Positions 24,213-36,142 of a stretch of DNA of 64,000 nt are shown here, piece by piece. Position 1 is the first letter of the stretch. Each line of letters opens with the position of its first letter. Origin of the DNA: Diplonema japonicum. Taxonomy: Eukaryota; Protista; Euglenozoa: Diplonemea. The stretch covers positions 186,001-250,000 of the forward strand of contig OZ025684.1 in NCBI GenBank assembly GCA_964019335.1, in the 5' to 3' direction. The notes under the pieces were generated by a model. That model was given only the letters and a program-made list of their open reading frames with translations. It ran no database searches and had not been told where the DNA came from. Position numbers and translations under genes: made by a program.

Positions 24213-27128
24213 TTATATCTTACAGTAGCGTCTAGCCGTTGGCCGGCTTTTTGCAGGGGCAGGCGATGCGAACGAAACCAGTGAAGAGGTTGGCGTGCGC
24301 AGTGGGGTGGTAGCATCTGGGGTTTGCAGAATGGAGATACCTGCTTGTGGCTCGTAAAGGGTTATCTCTTCTGGTTCATCAGTTACGCTCCCCCAGAACT
24401 CCAGCTGCATCTTTGCCCTCTGCCCTGTGCTGAACACGTACAGCTCTGACCCAATATCGAGAATACTTTTTAGAACGACAGAAATCAGCCCCACCAGCAG
24501 CAAACTCCCTGCGGTGCTGAACGCCCAGTGGTTCAGGTTGTGTGTGTAGTACCCTATCCCCATCAAGATGGTCGCGGCCCCCTGCAACCCGTTCGACACA
24601 AACCCATACACAGAGTCCCTCGGCCTTGCATGAGGCCATACAGCCCCCTCTATTACCATCATGAACATAAACACACAAGAAGAGAACACACAGACATGAC
24701 CACACCCTGTGTAGTTCTCAGGGTGGACTGCGTAGATCCCACTCAGTGCCAATGCCGCCATTGCCTCGAAGAGCCAGAACCATGCCACCTCCTGCCGGTA
24801 GGTCCGCATCACAGATGAGTACCGCTGCACCCAATGACGCTCAGGGTGCCGCGACACCCACTCCCCTTCACCGAGGAAGATGCGCTCCACAACACACCTC
24901 GAGTGGCACGCCACGTACAGTGCATCGGCAGGGACACCACGCCGTGCCACGAAGAACATCGTCACAGGGACCCCAACACACCCAGCACCGGAAACAAGAC
25001 CCAAGAGGAAACCAGGAATCGAAGGGGCCCCCACCAACAGCCCAGTAGCACCGTAGCATGTTCCAAGGAAGAAGACCTGGAAGACAAGAAGGGGCGAACT
25101 GGGAAGGCGAAGGAGGCCCTGTGTGTCCAGTGCCGCGAACAGTCCAAGCTTTCCTCCTCGTCGCTGTCCGAGGGCGTGGACGGTCCTCAGAACGAGGTAG
25201 CAAACGAAGGCAAACCCAACCATGATGGCGGTGTTCCCCACCACAACCCCAGCGTCCTCACTCCCGAACAGCTCCATCTGCGTCGGGTGCAGCAGCCAAG
25301 GGAGATCCTTCCTTCCGTTGAGGTTGCACCCACTGCTCACCATCACGAGCACACCTGCAGAAGATGCAGCCCCTCCACCACCCAGTATCCCTCCCACAGT
25401 CCCGATAGCACCCAGCACCTTAACAGTGTCAACATTTATAATGACATGATTCTCGGGCTGTGCGGGCTCTAAGGGCACTTGCACGGACCTCTCAAGAGGC
25501 GCAGTTGGCAGCGTTGGAATAGAGGTAATGAGGAAGGTAGTGGGAACTTCCGAAGTTGCGGGTAACAGGGTCACGGGAACCGCCGTGGGGGGTGAGGAGG
25601 TCTCAGGTGAAAGGGTGACGGGGGCTGTTGTTGAAGGCGCCGAGGTGTTTGGGGGAGTAGTTGGCGGGAGTGTGTAGGGGGAAGTAGTGGTTCCAGGTGC
25701 CTTGGTTGCTGGAGTCCCGGTGCTTGGCACGTTCGTCACAGGAACAGAGGTACGAGGGGGAGAGGTGGGCGGTGCTGGGGCTCTGGGAGCCCCGGTTGTC
25801 CCTGGGAGTGGCACAAGGGTTGCAGGTGCTTGGGTGCTGGGGACAACTGTGTAGGGCGATGCCGTGTCGGGTGCCAAGGTCACAGGCACTTGGGTGCTGG
25901 GCGCTGCCGTGTCGGGGGCCCCTGTTGCCCCTGGAGACAGGGTGTTGGGTGGCAAGGTTGCAGGTGCTTGGGTGCTGGAGACAACTGTGTCGGGGGCTTG
26001 TGTCGGGGGGGATCTTGTGTCCGGAGAACGTGTTAGGGGCAGAGTATTAGGAGCTCGTGTTGCAGGTACCAAAGAACTTGGTGCACTGGTAAGAGGTATT
26101 GGGGTACTGGGTATTACAGTGGAAGACGTGCTTGGAATAAAAGTATCAGGGGCTGATGTAGCTGGGGGCCGAGTATCGGGTCCTAGTGTGCTGGGTGCCA
26201 AGGTACTCGGTGCGCTGGTTGTACCAGGAAGAGGCAGTGGGGTGTCAGGAGCTGCAGTGGAGGGGAGCGTAACAGGGGCAGGGGTGGTGGGTGAAGAAGT
26301 ATCAGGAGCACCAGTGCTAGGCGCTGAAGTAGCTGGAGAGGTCGGAATCTGTGTGCTAGGTGGTTGTGTGTCAGGAGGTTGTGTGCTAGGTGATTGGGTG
26401 TCAGGTATGAGGGTACTGGGTAGTTGTGTATCAGGAGCTGGGGATTGAGTTCTTGGTGCGTCTGTGTCAGGAGGTTGTGTGCTAGGTGGTTGTGTGTCAG
26501 GAGAGAGAGTTTCAGGAGACAGAGTAACAGGTGCATTCGTGTCGGGAGGCTGCGTACTAGGTGGTTGCGTGTAAGGAGGTAGAGTGTTAGGGGCATCCGT
26601 GTAGGGGGGCAGTGTTTTTGGTGGTTGTGTGTCAGGAGAGTGAGTTTCAGGAGGCAGAGTAACAGGTGCATTCGTATTGGGAGGCTGCGTACTAGGTGGT
26701 TGTGTGTCAGGAGGTAGAGTGTAAGGGGCATCCGTGTAGGGGGGCAGTGTGCTAGGTGGTTGTGTGTCAGGAGGCGTCGAGGGGACCACTGTGTCGGGAA
26801 TGGGGGTTGCAGGAGGGTTCGTTGGAGGTACAGGGACGGACGTTGTGCCCACCCAGGCATCACAATCCTTGTTTCCGTAGCCAGGGAGGCAGGGGGAGGA
26901 GCTGCTGCAAGATGTGCACGAGGACAGGTCATGCAGTGCACCGCATAGTCGGCAGCTGTCCTCAGAACCCTCGTCTACAGGACAGCCTCCTCGTGTGCAA
27001 CAGCTGGACTCACTTGAGCTTGTGTCGCCAAATACAATGCATCTCCCATTCCCAGACGACCAGTTCTCTAGCCCGCTGCAGCCACAAGCGTCAGCTGTGA
27101 AGAAGTACACAGCTATCACGCATAGCAT
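24213..27128 (-). CDS. Array gene 3: Cys-rich/mucin-stalk/multi-TM surface protein, 971 aa
   Basis: Paralogue with the same architecture. Confidence 0.9.
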   Translation of the reverse strand: MLCVIAVYFFTADACGCSGLENWSSGNGRCIVFGDTSSSESSCCTRGGCPVDEGSEDSCRLCGALHDLSSCTSCSSSSPCLPGYGNKDCDAWVGTTSVPVPPTNPPATPIPDTVVPSTPPDTQPPSTLPPYTDAPYTLPPDTQPPSTQPPNTNAPVTLPPETHSPDTQPPKTLPPYTDAPNTLPPYTQPPSTQPPDTNAPVTLSPETLSPDTQPPSTQPPDTDAPRTQSPAPDTQLPSTLIPDTQSPSTQPPDTQPPSTQIPTSPATSAPSTGAPDTSSPTTPAPVTLPSTAAPDTPLPLPGTTSAPSTLAPSTLGPDTRPPATSAPDTFIPSTSSTVIPSTPIPLTSAPSSLVPATRAPNTLPLTRSPDTRSPPTQAPDTVVSSTQAPATLPPNTLSPGATGAPDTAAPSTQVPVTLAPDTASPYTVVPSTQAPATLVPLPGTTGAPRAPAPPTSPPRTSVPVTNVPSTGTPATKAPGTTTSPYTLPPTTPPNTSAPSTTAPVTLSPETSSPPTAVPVTLLPATSEVPTTFLITSIPTLPTAPLERSVQVPLEPAQPENHVIINVDTVKVLGAIGTVGGILGGGGAASSAGVLVMVSSGCNLNGRKDLPWLLHPTQMELFGSEDAGVVVGNTAIMVGFAFVCYLVLRTVHALGQRRGGKLGLFAALDTQGLLRLPSSPLLVFQVFFLGTCYGATGLLVGAPSIPGFLLGLVSGAGCVGVPVTMFFVARRGVPADALYVACHSRCVVERIFLGEGEWVSRHPERHWVQRYSSVMRTYRQEVAWFWLFEAMAALALSGIYAVHPENYTGCGHVCVFSSCVFMFMMVIEGAVWPHARPRDSVYGFVSNGLQGAATILMGIGYYTHNLNHWAFSTAGSLLLVGLISVVLKSILDIGSELYVFSTGQRAKMQLEFWGSVTDEPEEITLYEPQAGISILQTPDATTPLRTPTSSLVSFASPAPAKSRPTARRYCKI

Positions 27129-27141
27129 TGATCAAAGTGAC

Positions 27142-27247
27142 CTGAAGTGCTTTAGGGGAAAGCAAGTAAAACAGAAAAATAAACTGTATCCAAGAATAAG
27201 AAGAAAAAGGGGAAAGATAAATACGAGAAGAATTTTAAACAACTTAC
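27142..27247 (-). other. Predicted 106-nt GT-AG intron in the 5' UTR of array gene 3
   Basis: Donor CG|GTAAGT at 27247, pyrimidine-rich body, acceptor TTCAG|GT 13 nt before ATG. Confidence 0.6.
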
Positions 27248-28036
27248 CGTAAAAGGAAGAGTTGCCGGAAGGAATGGTCATCCGTCAAGTGTCGCAGCTG
27301 ATCCGCCTGCTCCAGTCTATGTTTCCCTGAAGCAAGAGTTTAAAGAGTAGCCAGAAACCCTTCCTTCCGTTTCTTTCTTTTACTAAACAGGTTGGCGATT
27401 GGTGGACAAGCCAGTTGAATCTACAGTAGGCTTCAACCAACAAGTTGCCACTCTTTTCTTTTTTTTTTTAATTGTCAAAGCAAGAGAAGGGAGAAAAAAA
27501 AAAAGATCAGGAAGGGGGAAAAAAGAATGCAGAAGGGAATCAGAACAAGAGCCTTTTTTTTAACTCTCTTTTCTTCTGTCAGAGTGGAGGAGGCTTACCG
27601 TCGGTTAAGGTAGATATACTTGTAGCAAAGTCTTCATGTTTAAGAGGGGCTCACAAACACTCATTGCTGCACAAGAACCTTCTTAAACAGGTTGTCTCTC
27701 ACTCGGGCAGGAACGGCCTCTTTTCCTTTACCTTCTGTTCGTTCTCTTCTTTTAGTGTATTCACAGTAAACATGGCAGATTAAAAAAAGAAGAAGAAGCT
27801 GTTTGGCATTTCATTTGTTTGTGCACGGAACTTTACTCTAAAACAACTCGTTATGCTGGCATCAATGAGAATTCTTGTAAAACCCAAACAAGAACAAAAA
27901 CTAGTTTGGCGCCTTTATTTGTTTGTGCGCAAGCGGTATTTTACCTAATAAAACACCATCAACTAGTTTTTAGTTTCGACAATAATATTGTAAAAAAAAA
28001 GGGGGTAAAGGGGGGGTCCGAAAACTGGAAAAGTTT

Positions 28037-28410
28037 TAGAGTCCTAACTTGACCCCTAAGTTTCCTAAGTGTTCAAAGTTCGCCTCACTAGGCCACGGCA
28101 GGATACCGCTCAAAGTCAACCCCTTAGTTCCGGAACTAAGGGGTCCGGATTTGAACATTTTGAAAACCAAGGGGGTCTACTTTTTGAGCATTTATGGAAC
28201 TAAGGGGACCGAATTTGAGCATTTAAAAACTTAGGGGTCCAGTATGAGTTCTTTCTTTTTTGAAGATTTGGGGTACTAAGCAGAGATTTAGGACCTTGGG
28301 GACCGGATCAGAATTTCTTCTTTAAAGATAGACCTTGAACATTTCTCAAAACTAAGGGTGTGCATTTTGAGCATTTCTCCGAACTTAGGGGTCAAGTTAG
28401 CAGTTTTCTA
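28037..28410. mobile_element. MITE/foldback derivative of the MULE
   Basis: Same TIR (ctaacttgacccctaagtt) and subterminal repeats; absent from the duplicated segment at ~35045. Confidence 0.8.
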
Positions 28411-28570
28411 AAGAAAAAAAAAAAAGGTGAAATCTGGATGTCAGGAGGGCGAACGCTGCGTTAAGAAAACGAGCGAAACCCGGTGATGGGCCATCACAGC
28501 ACCTCTTAGCGTTGCGGTATTTGGTTAAAGAACGGAAAAACATTTTTTTCCATAGTACTTTTTCTTGGGG

Positions 28571-28598
<28 letters not shown>

Positions 28599-28602
<4 letters not shown>

Positions 28603-30600
28603 TATATATGAGTTAAAGGAAGTCTTTGTGAGACGCCCCCTTGTTCTCATGCTCTACCTGCACCTATCCCCCTTCAGCAGCGGTTTCTCCTTCTTCGGTG
28701 GTCGTGCCGGCCTCCTCCCCAGCTTGGCTACTTTTTCCCTTCTTTCCTTTGCCCATTGCTTCCCCAGCTCCTCCAGGTCGTACTTGGTCTTCGTTGATGC
28801 AAAGATTGCTCTACTCCACCCGATCACCGCCTTCGTCCCTCCGATTGATCGCAGCGTATGTACTCTCTTGCATGGTTCAGCAGGGAAGGCCCTCCTTCCT
28901 TTCACCTTCTTCTGCAGTCTCCCTAGTTCCCATGTGTTCCACACCTTCTTCATCACCGTGTGCAGTCTCCTGGCCTTCTGTCGCACCTCTGCCAACTCCC
29001 CTAGCTTCCATCCAAGGGATTTCTGGGTCACGTTTTCGAAATCCAGCGCCAGCTCCACCGTCGACACTGCCGTGCTTCTGTTCCCTCCATACCAGCGCAG
29101 CTGCTTGAGCCATTTCAGCACCGGCTTCGTGTACTCCTTCAGGGTGTTGCCGGTCTGCAGCCTCGCGAACTCCTCCTCTGTTGGTGCTGGGTGTGCCTCC
29201 CCCTCCGTGATCTCCAGCCATTGGTGTGTCCGGTAGATCTGCTGCCTCTTTGCCTGCAAGGCTGCGTCGCGTTCCCCCACCACAGCCAGCAGGTAACGCT
29301 GGGTCTTCTCGCGCCTGTCCTTGTCCTCCTTGGCCGCTTCCCTCGGGAGGATGCCATGGAGCCTCATGCATGGTTCTAGGCCTGTTCGTGTCGTGCCTGC
29401 ATGTGCCTCCCGTTGCCTTACTTCGTCAGCCAGTTCGCACTCCCACAGTGCATGCTCCAGGATGTTGGATACCTGTTGCATCTGACCGCATACGTCGCAG
29501 CGTGCCGTTGCGGGTTCGTCCTGCTGCCTCTGCTCCGCCAGCAGCATGCGCTCCAGCTCCGCGACTTCCCCTTCTCCACCCGCCTCTCTTTCTTCTTCGT
29601 CTTCTGAGTCGTCTCGGGAATCTTCTTCGTCCACCTCCTCCTCCGTCGGTGGGATGTGTGCCACTGCGTCCGTCCGCCATCCCCGTGGGTGGATGTAGAA
29701 AACCGCGCCTGTGATCACCCTGCGTAGGTTCCTTGCTGCGATGGGGTCCGACGACGCCAGCTTCCCCCATAGCTCGTTTGTCTCGACAGCGGCTGCCGTC
29801 GCCATTCCTTTCATGGTGCTCCGTTTTCCCATGATGGCCTCCGCTTCACCACGCCTGAGCTTGTCTCTGATGTAGTGTCGGAACCTCTCCTTCTCCATGG
29901 CCATGGTGTCCTTCAGCTGGTCCCAGGTTGCTTGCACCATGGGTAGCCACCTCTGCTTCAGGTTTCCCACCAGGCCCAGCGCCTTCTTCCCTTCCCGGTA
30001 CAGCTTTGCGATGTCGTTGCAGCGTGCCCACAGCTGGTCGTCCTTCCTGCATGCCCTGTACATGAGCATCAGTGCTTTGTAAGCTGCTGTCATCTTCGGG
30101 TGGTGTGTGTGCCCTGGTAGTGTCACGGAGAGTACTGCGCCGGGGCTCCGCGTGCGATACCTCTGGCCCCACAGCGTGTATGTCGTCTCCATCACCAGGA
30201 GTTCCATCATCCCCGTCCTTGGCGGTGAGAAGGGGGCGTCGTACAGGCAGCTTGGCAGCTGTGTGGAGCTGATGATCCGCGCCTTCTGCTGGAAGGACAG
30301 CGGGGTCGCCCCCAGCCTGCTCAACGTCTTCATCGCTTCCTTGGCCCTGTCGTTGTTGTATTGCTGCTGGCCGTCCGTCCGCAGCTTAGCTCCCAGCACC
30401 CTCCACTGTCCGCACTGCCTGCAGCACTTCACCGTCCACCTTCACTTCCGGTGCCTTGGCGCCTGTCGTAAAGGTTTTGGTTTTCTTTACGTTTAGCTTC
30501 ATGCCAACCATTTTGCAGAAGTCCTCCACCGCCTCCACCCCCTTCTGCAGCGCTGCCGCGAGTTGTGACAGAAGGTACGCGTCGTCAGCGTACGACAACG
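28599..30600 (-). mobile_element. 5'-truncated non-LTR retrotransposon (LINE family A)
   Basis: RT motifs LSYADDAYLL and GMKLNVKKT, frameshift near 30430, CX2C..HX4C zinc knuckle (CDVC...EHALWEC), C-terminal W..LRW...STVELALDFE domain, short 3' UTR. Confidence 0.9.
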
Positions 30601-31015
30601 AGCAAAAAAAAAAAAGAAAAGACAATGGAATAATTTTAAACACTATGTATGTACTTGGGCATACGTGAAGATAATAATAAAAAAAGACAGAGAAAAAAAG
30701 ATTTCTTTTTTTTCAACCGGTTGTGCTCGTTCAGGTAGACCATCCCCGATGCAGAAAAACCTCTTTTCTTTGTGAAACGGTTCGGAGAGAGATTAAAAAA
30801 AAAAAAAAAAAAAAAAAAAACAGAAAAACCATGAAAAGCCAATGGACCAAGTCCTTACCTCTATCCGTGGTTTTACAGAAGTTGTTTGCCCTGGTAGTGC
30901 TACTATATTACAAAAAAAAAAAAAAAAAAAAGAAGAAGAGAAACAAACAGAACAGGAAAATAAGTTTGCGATACCCGCCCCCACCCCGTTTAGAACTAAA
31001 CTAAACTAACATCTC

Positions 31016-31438
31016 AAGGGCTACGTTGTCGGCGTACGCGTACGCAGCAAAATCTGAAAAAAGTTACGCTACTTACGGCGCCTTACACCGACAGGTGTCG
31101 GCAAGATGAGACCATGCAAACGCCTTTACACCCGATTCACGTCTCTTCAGACGTTCTGCAAGTCTCCCAACGTTAGTTTTGCCACGCCAGTAGTCTCACA
31201 AATTGCGTGCAGGTGAAACTACGTTTGTTGAAGTAGAGCTTGACAAGAGAACTAGCTTTGTCAAATCCCGAGGGTCGATCTTTAGGTTTCCACCTTTAGC
31301 GATGCAGTCCTGACCCAAGACCTTTCATGAAGACTTACCAACATGAATTCCGTACGCACAGTACGCATACGCAGCAAAATCTAAAAAAGTGTACATGGCG
31401 TACGTTCGAAATACGCGTATGCCGACAACGAAGCCCTG
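31016..31438. mobile_element. Non-autonomous TIR element (CAGGG ends, hAT-like)
   Basis: ~26-bp TIR AGGGCTWCGTTGTCGGCRTACGCGTA; no clear TSD. Confidence 0.7.
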
Positions 31439-31696
31439 GGGGGGGGGGGGGGGGTAAGCGTGGATAAATTAATTAGTTAGAACGCAAACCTAAGGTTACC
31501 CTCTTCCGCTGTTCTCTTCTTCAGGAAAGAAAAGTTATATGATAAAAGGAGGCCAGTGTGGCACTATCGTTGTAAACAAAAAAAAGAAGAGGAAACAAAC
31601 CCTCCAGCCAGTGCTGGGAGATCCACGAAACACATGATAACAAACATTCGTCCACTTTCACTTTCTCAATTGTTTTACGCTTCTTTAGCTAATTTA

Positions 31697-33739
31697 CTAC
31701 AGTCTCAGTCCAGTTGTGTCAAGTGCATCAAGAGTATCATAAGAAATGCCCGTCGCGAGCAACTTTGGTTCATACAAGGACATGTCGTCGCTTGATGCCA
31801 TCAGGTCCTGCACAGCAGACCCCTTCCAGTAACATTCTTGTACCCACACCCGTTGGCCCTTCACGAAGAGGTACACCTCCGACAGTACATCGCACACCCC
31901 TTTCACAAGGACCACCACCATCCCCGCGAACAGGAGGTGCCCTGCGGTGCTGAACACCCAGTGTTCCACGTCTCCTTTGTAGTACCCTATCCCTGCAAGC
32001 ACCATCGCAGCCCCCTGCAACCCGTTCGACACAAACCCATACATAGAGTCCCTCGGCCTTGCATGAGGCCATATCGTCCCTTCCAAGCTTGTCATGATCA
32101 TGAAGATCAAGGCAGAGAACACACAGACATGACCGCACCCTGTGTAGTTCTCAGGGTGGATTGCGTAGATCCCACTCAGTGCCAATGCCGCCATTGCCTC
32201 GAAGAGCCAGAACCATGCCACCTCCTGCCGGTAGGTCCGCATCACAGATGAGTACCGCTGCACCCAATGACGCTCAGGGTGCCGCGACACCCACTCCCCT
32301 TCACCGAGGAAGATGCGCTCCACAACACACCTCGAGTGGCACGCCACGTACAGTGCATCGGCAGGGACACCACGCCGTGCCACGAAGAACATCGTCACAG
32401 GTACACCAACACACCCAGCACCGGAAACAAGACCCAAGAAGAAACCAGGAATCGACGGGGGTTCCAATAAGAGGCCCAGTGAACCGTAGCATGTTCCAAG
32501 GAAGAAGACCTGGAAGACAAGAAGGGGCGAACTGGGAAGGCGAAGGAGGCCCTGTGTGTCCAGTGCCGCGAACAGTCCAAGCTTTCCTCCTCGTCGCTGT
32601 CCGAGGGCGTGGACGGTCCTCAGAACGAGGTAGCAAACGAAGGCAAACCCAACCATGATGGCGGTGTTCCCTACCACAACCCCAGCGTCCTCACTCCCAA
32701 ACAGCTCCATCTGCGTCGGGTGCAGCAGCCAAGGGAGATCCTTCCTTCCGTTGAGGTTGCACCCACCGCTGAGCAGCACCAACATACCTGCGGAGGCTGC
32801 AGCACCCCCTCCACCTATCACACTAGTTACTGCGCCCATGGTGCCCAGCATCTCAATATCAGATCCCAGCAGTGCACTACTCTCAGAAGGAGTCGGCAGG
32901 CTGGGTGCTATCGTGGCTGGCGAGGGTGTGGCTCGTGACAACACGTCTGGCACTATAGTAGTGGTAGGGGTCTTTGTTGGGGAGGCGGTGTCAGGAAACG
33001 GAGTCCCTGGTGCAGGAGTGTCAGGAGAGCTGGTGTCAGGCGACGGGGTGAGAGGTGCAGAAGTATCCGGGAACGGTGTATCAGGCACAGGAGTGTCAGG
33101 AGGGTTGGTATCAGGTGAAGGTGTTTTAGGCGCTGGCGTAGAAGGTGCAGGAGTATCCGGAAACGGTGTATCAGGCGCAGGAGTAGGAGGGGCAGGTGTG
33201 TCAGGAGCCAGAGTATCAGGTGCAGGGGTTTCAGGTGCTGGGGTGTCAGGAAACGGTGTATCAGGTGCAGGAGTTTTGGGTGCTGGGGTGTCAGGGAATG
33301 GAGTATCAGGTGCAGGAGTAGGAGGGGCAGGTGTGTCAGGAGCCAGAGTATCAGGTGCAGTAGTGTCGGGAGCAGGGGTTTTGGGAGCAGGTGTATCAGG
33401 TGCAGGAGTGTCAGGTGCTGGGGTGGGAGGTGATGGTGTGTCGGGTGCATCTGTTCTGCCCACCCATGTGTCGCAGTTGGGACCACCGTAGCCAGGGAGG
33501 CAGAGGGAGGAAGTGGAGCAAGATGTGCACGATGACAGGTCATGCATTGCACCGCACAGTCGGCAGCTGTCCTCAGCACCTTTGTCAACAGGACAGCCTC
33601 CTCGTGTGCAGCAATCGGACTCCTCCGTGTTTGTGTCACCTAATAATGAGCACTCACCGCTACTTGAAGACCAGAAGTAAAGGCCAGTACAGCTGCAAGC
33701 GTCTGCAGCAAAGGCATACCCAAGCACTGCATAAAGCAT
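31697..33739 (-). CDS. Array gene 4: Cys-rich/mucin-stalk/multi-TM surface protein, 680 aa
   Basis: Paralogue; start MLYAVLG. Confidence 0.9.
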   Translation of the reverse strand: MLYAVLGYAFAADACSCTGLYFWSSSSGECSLLGDTNTEESDCCTRGGCPVDKGAEDSCRLCGAMHDLSSCTSCSTSSLCLPGYGGPNCDTWVGRTDAPDTPSPPTPAPDTPAPDTPAPKTPAPDTTAPDTLAPDTPAPPTPAPDTPFPDTPAPKTPAPDTPFPDTPAPETPAPDTLAPDTPAPPTPAPDTPFPDTPAPSTPAPKTPSPDTNPPDTPVPDTPFPDTSAPLTPSPDTSSPDTPAPGTPFPDTASPTKTPTTTIVPDVLSRATPSPATIAPSLPTPSESSALLGSDIEMLGTMGAVTSVIGGGGAAASAGMLVLLSGGCNLNGRKDLPWLLHPTQMELFGSEDAGVVVGNTAIMVGFAFVCYLVLRTVHALGQRRGGKLGLFAALDTQGLLRLPSSPLLVFQVFFLGTCYGSLGLLLEPPSIPGFFLGLVSGAGCVGVPVTMFFVARRGVPADALYVACHSRCVVERIFLGEGEWVSRHPERHWVQRYSSVMRTYRQEVAWFWLFEAMAALALSGIYAIHPENYTGCGHVCVFSALIFMIMTSLEGTIWPHARPRDSMYGFVSNGLQGAAMVLAGIGYYKGDVEHWVFSTAGHLLFAGMVVVLVKGVCDVLSEVYLFVKGQRVWVQECYWKGSAVQDLMASSDDMSLYEPKLLATGISYDTLDALDTTGLRL

Positions 33740-33871
33740 GGTCAGAATGACCTGTGAGATAGTTGCATACAAAAGACAAAACGAAGATTGTGGAAATAGA
33801 AAAAAAAAGAACAAAGTGGATAAATCCCATTTTCTAGTCCCCCAGTAGGCCTACAGCGAAAATTACGCTGG

Positions 33872-34232
33872 CGAGCCCCTCCACAACCACCCAGTATCCC
33901 TGTGTCAACATTTATAATGACATGATTCTCGGGCTGTGCGGGCTCTAAGGGCACTTGCACGGACCTCTCAAGAGGCGCAGTTGGCAGCGTTGGAATAGAG
34001 GTAATGAAGGTAACTTCCGAAGTTGCGGGTAACAGGGTCACGGGAACCGCCGTGGGGGGTGAGGAGGTCTCAGGTGAAAGGGTGACGGGGGCTGTTGTTG
34101 AAGGCGCCGAGGTGTTTGGGGGAGTAGTTGGTGGGGGTGTGTAAAGAGCTTGTGTCACCAAATACAATGCATCTCCCATTCCCAGATGACTGTGTGTCAG
34201 CTGTGAAGAAGTACACAGCTATCACGCATAGC
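33872..34232 (-). pseudogene. Deletion-riddled duplicate of array gene 3 (its upstream region is also duplicated, to ~35200)
   Basis: 33872-34143 matches ~25368-25680 and 34146-35040 matches ~27016-27990. The TM domain and most of the stalk are missing. Confidence 0.85.
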
Positions 34233-35392
34233 ATTGATCAAAGTGACCTGAAGTGCTTTAGGGGAAACGGTAAGCAAGTAAAACAGAAAAATAAACTGTA
34301 TCCAAGAATAAGAAGAAAAGGAGGGGGAAAAGATAAATACGAGAAGAATTTAAACAGCCTATCGTAAAAGGAAGAATTACCGGAAGGAATGGTCATCCGG
34401 ACTGTCGCAGCTGCCTGCTCCAGTCTATGTTTCCCTGAAGAAAGAGTCTAAAGAGTAGCCAGAAACCCTTCCTTCCGTTTCTTTCTTTTACTAAACAGGT
34501 TGGCGATTGGTGGACAAGCCAGTTGAATCTACAGTAGGCTTCAACCAACAAGTTGCCATTTTTTTCTTTTTTTTTTTTTTAAAAATTGTCAAAGCAAAAG
34601 AAGGGAGGAAAAAAAAAGATCAGGAAGGGAAAAAAAGAATGCAGAAGGGGAATCAGAACAAGAGCCTTTTTTTTAACTCTCTTTTCTTCTGTCAGAGTGG
34701 AGGGGGCTTACCGTCGGTTAAGGTAGATACTTGTAGCAAAGTCTTCATGTTTAAGAGGGGCTCGCAAACACTCATTGCTGCACAAGAACCATCTTAAACA
34801 GGTTCGCAGTAAACATGGCAGATTAAAAAAGAAGAAGAAGCTGTTTGGCATTTCATTTTGTTTGTGCACGGAACTTTACCCTAAAATAACTCGTTATGCT
34901 GGCATCAATGAGAATTCTTGTAAAACCCAAACAAGAACAAAAACTAGTTTGGCGCCTTCATTTGTTTGTGCGCACAAGCGGTATTTTACCTAATAAATAA
35001 AATACCATCAACTAGTTTTTAGTCTCGACAATAATATTGTTAAGACAAAAAAAAAAAAAAAAAAAAAAGGATGTCAGGAGGGCGAACGCTGCGTTAAGAA
35101 AACGAGCGAAAACCTGGTGATGGGCCATCACAGCACCTCTTAGCGTTGCAGCATTGTTAAAAAACGGAGAAACATTTTTTTCCATAGTACTTTTCTTTCA
35201 AAAAAAAAAAAGATTCACTATGATAGGAAACGAAGTGGTTAGCAATGGCCCACCGGCGTGCCTACCTTATGATGCTCCCCTTTAGGGGTCGTTCCCTGCT
35301 ACCCACCGTAGTGCCTAGTTGACGCTTATATCTTCCACAAAAAAATGCACTGGGCATACGTGAAGATAATAATAATAATAATAACTATATAT

Positions 35393-36142
35393 GAGTCCGG
35401 ACGAAAATGTCAACACTTTTTTGGGCACCTCCGAAAATTTCTTGTTTTGATTATTTGAGCAAAAAAAGGGCAGCATGCAACCATAGGAAGATGACATATA
35501 TGGTGTACATGACGCCGTTCTTTCAATTGCGATGCTTGTTTTGCCATGAGGGTGGCAGGCGTTGCAACCGGCTGCCCCCGGGAAGCGAAAAAATAGAGGT
35601 CAGAAAAACGGCGAAAAATGTTTAAAATGCAATTCTTCTGCTTAAAATGCAGCATCTAGGGTGCATAAAATTGGTGTTCAAGCGCACTTGTGACAACCCA
35701 GGGTCGGGTTACTGTTAAAAGTACTTAGCGAAAAATATATGGTGTCGCATAGCCCCCGAAAATCCGGTTTTTTACACCCTATTTTTTGGCTTTTTCAAGG
35801 GGTTCCTAAGGGATTTTGGCCTTTTTCAGAAAAACCAATTCTTAACACTTGCCTGCTCATGCAGAGCTTTGACATTGGTATCTTTGGGGTCAAACTTTCA
35901 TTCTCTACCCATCTGCTGAAAATTTTGCTTTTTTTTAAGGGGTTTAAAAGGGATTTTAGCCTTAAATACGTGCGTTTTAAAAATAAAACAAACGGCGAGC
36001 ATTTTGACCTTTGTGGTGTTCAAGCTTAGACTGCATTTCTGCACACAAAGTGGTGTCGGGCTACTTTTTTACTTAGAAATTTAACGGGGGTTTTCCGCCG
36101 CATAGGAGGGTCATTTGTTGACATTCTTTTCCGGACGAGCTC
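35393..36142. mobile_element. 750-bp non-autonomous TIR element, GAG...CTC ends, ATATAT on both flanks
   Basis: TIR core gtccgga.....aatgtcaaca; absent from the paralogous segment near 30680. Confidence 0.65.
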
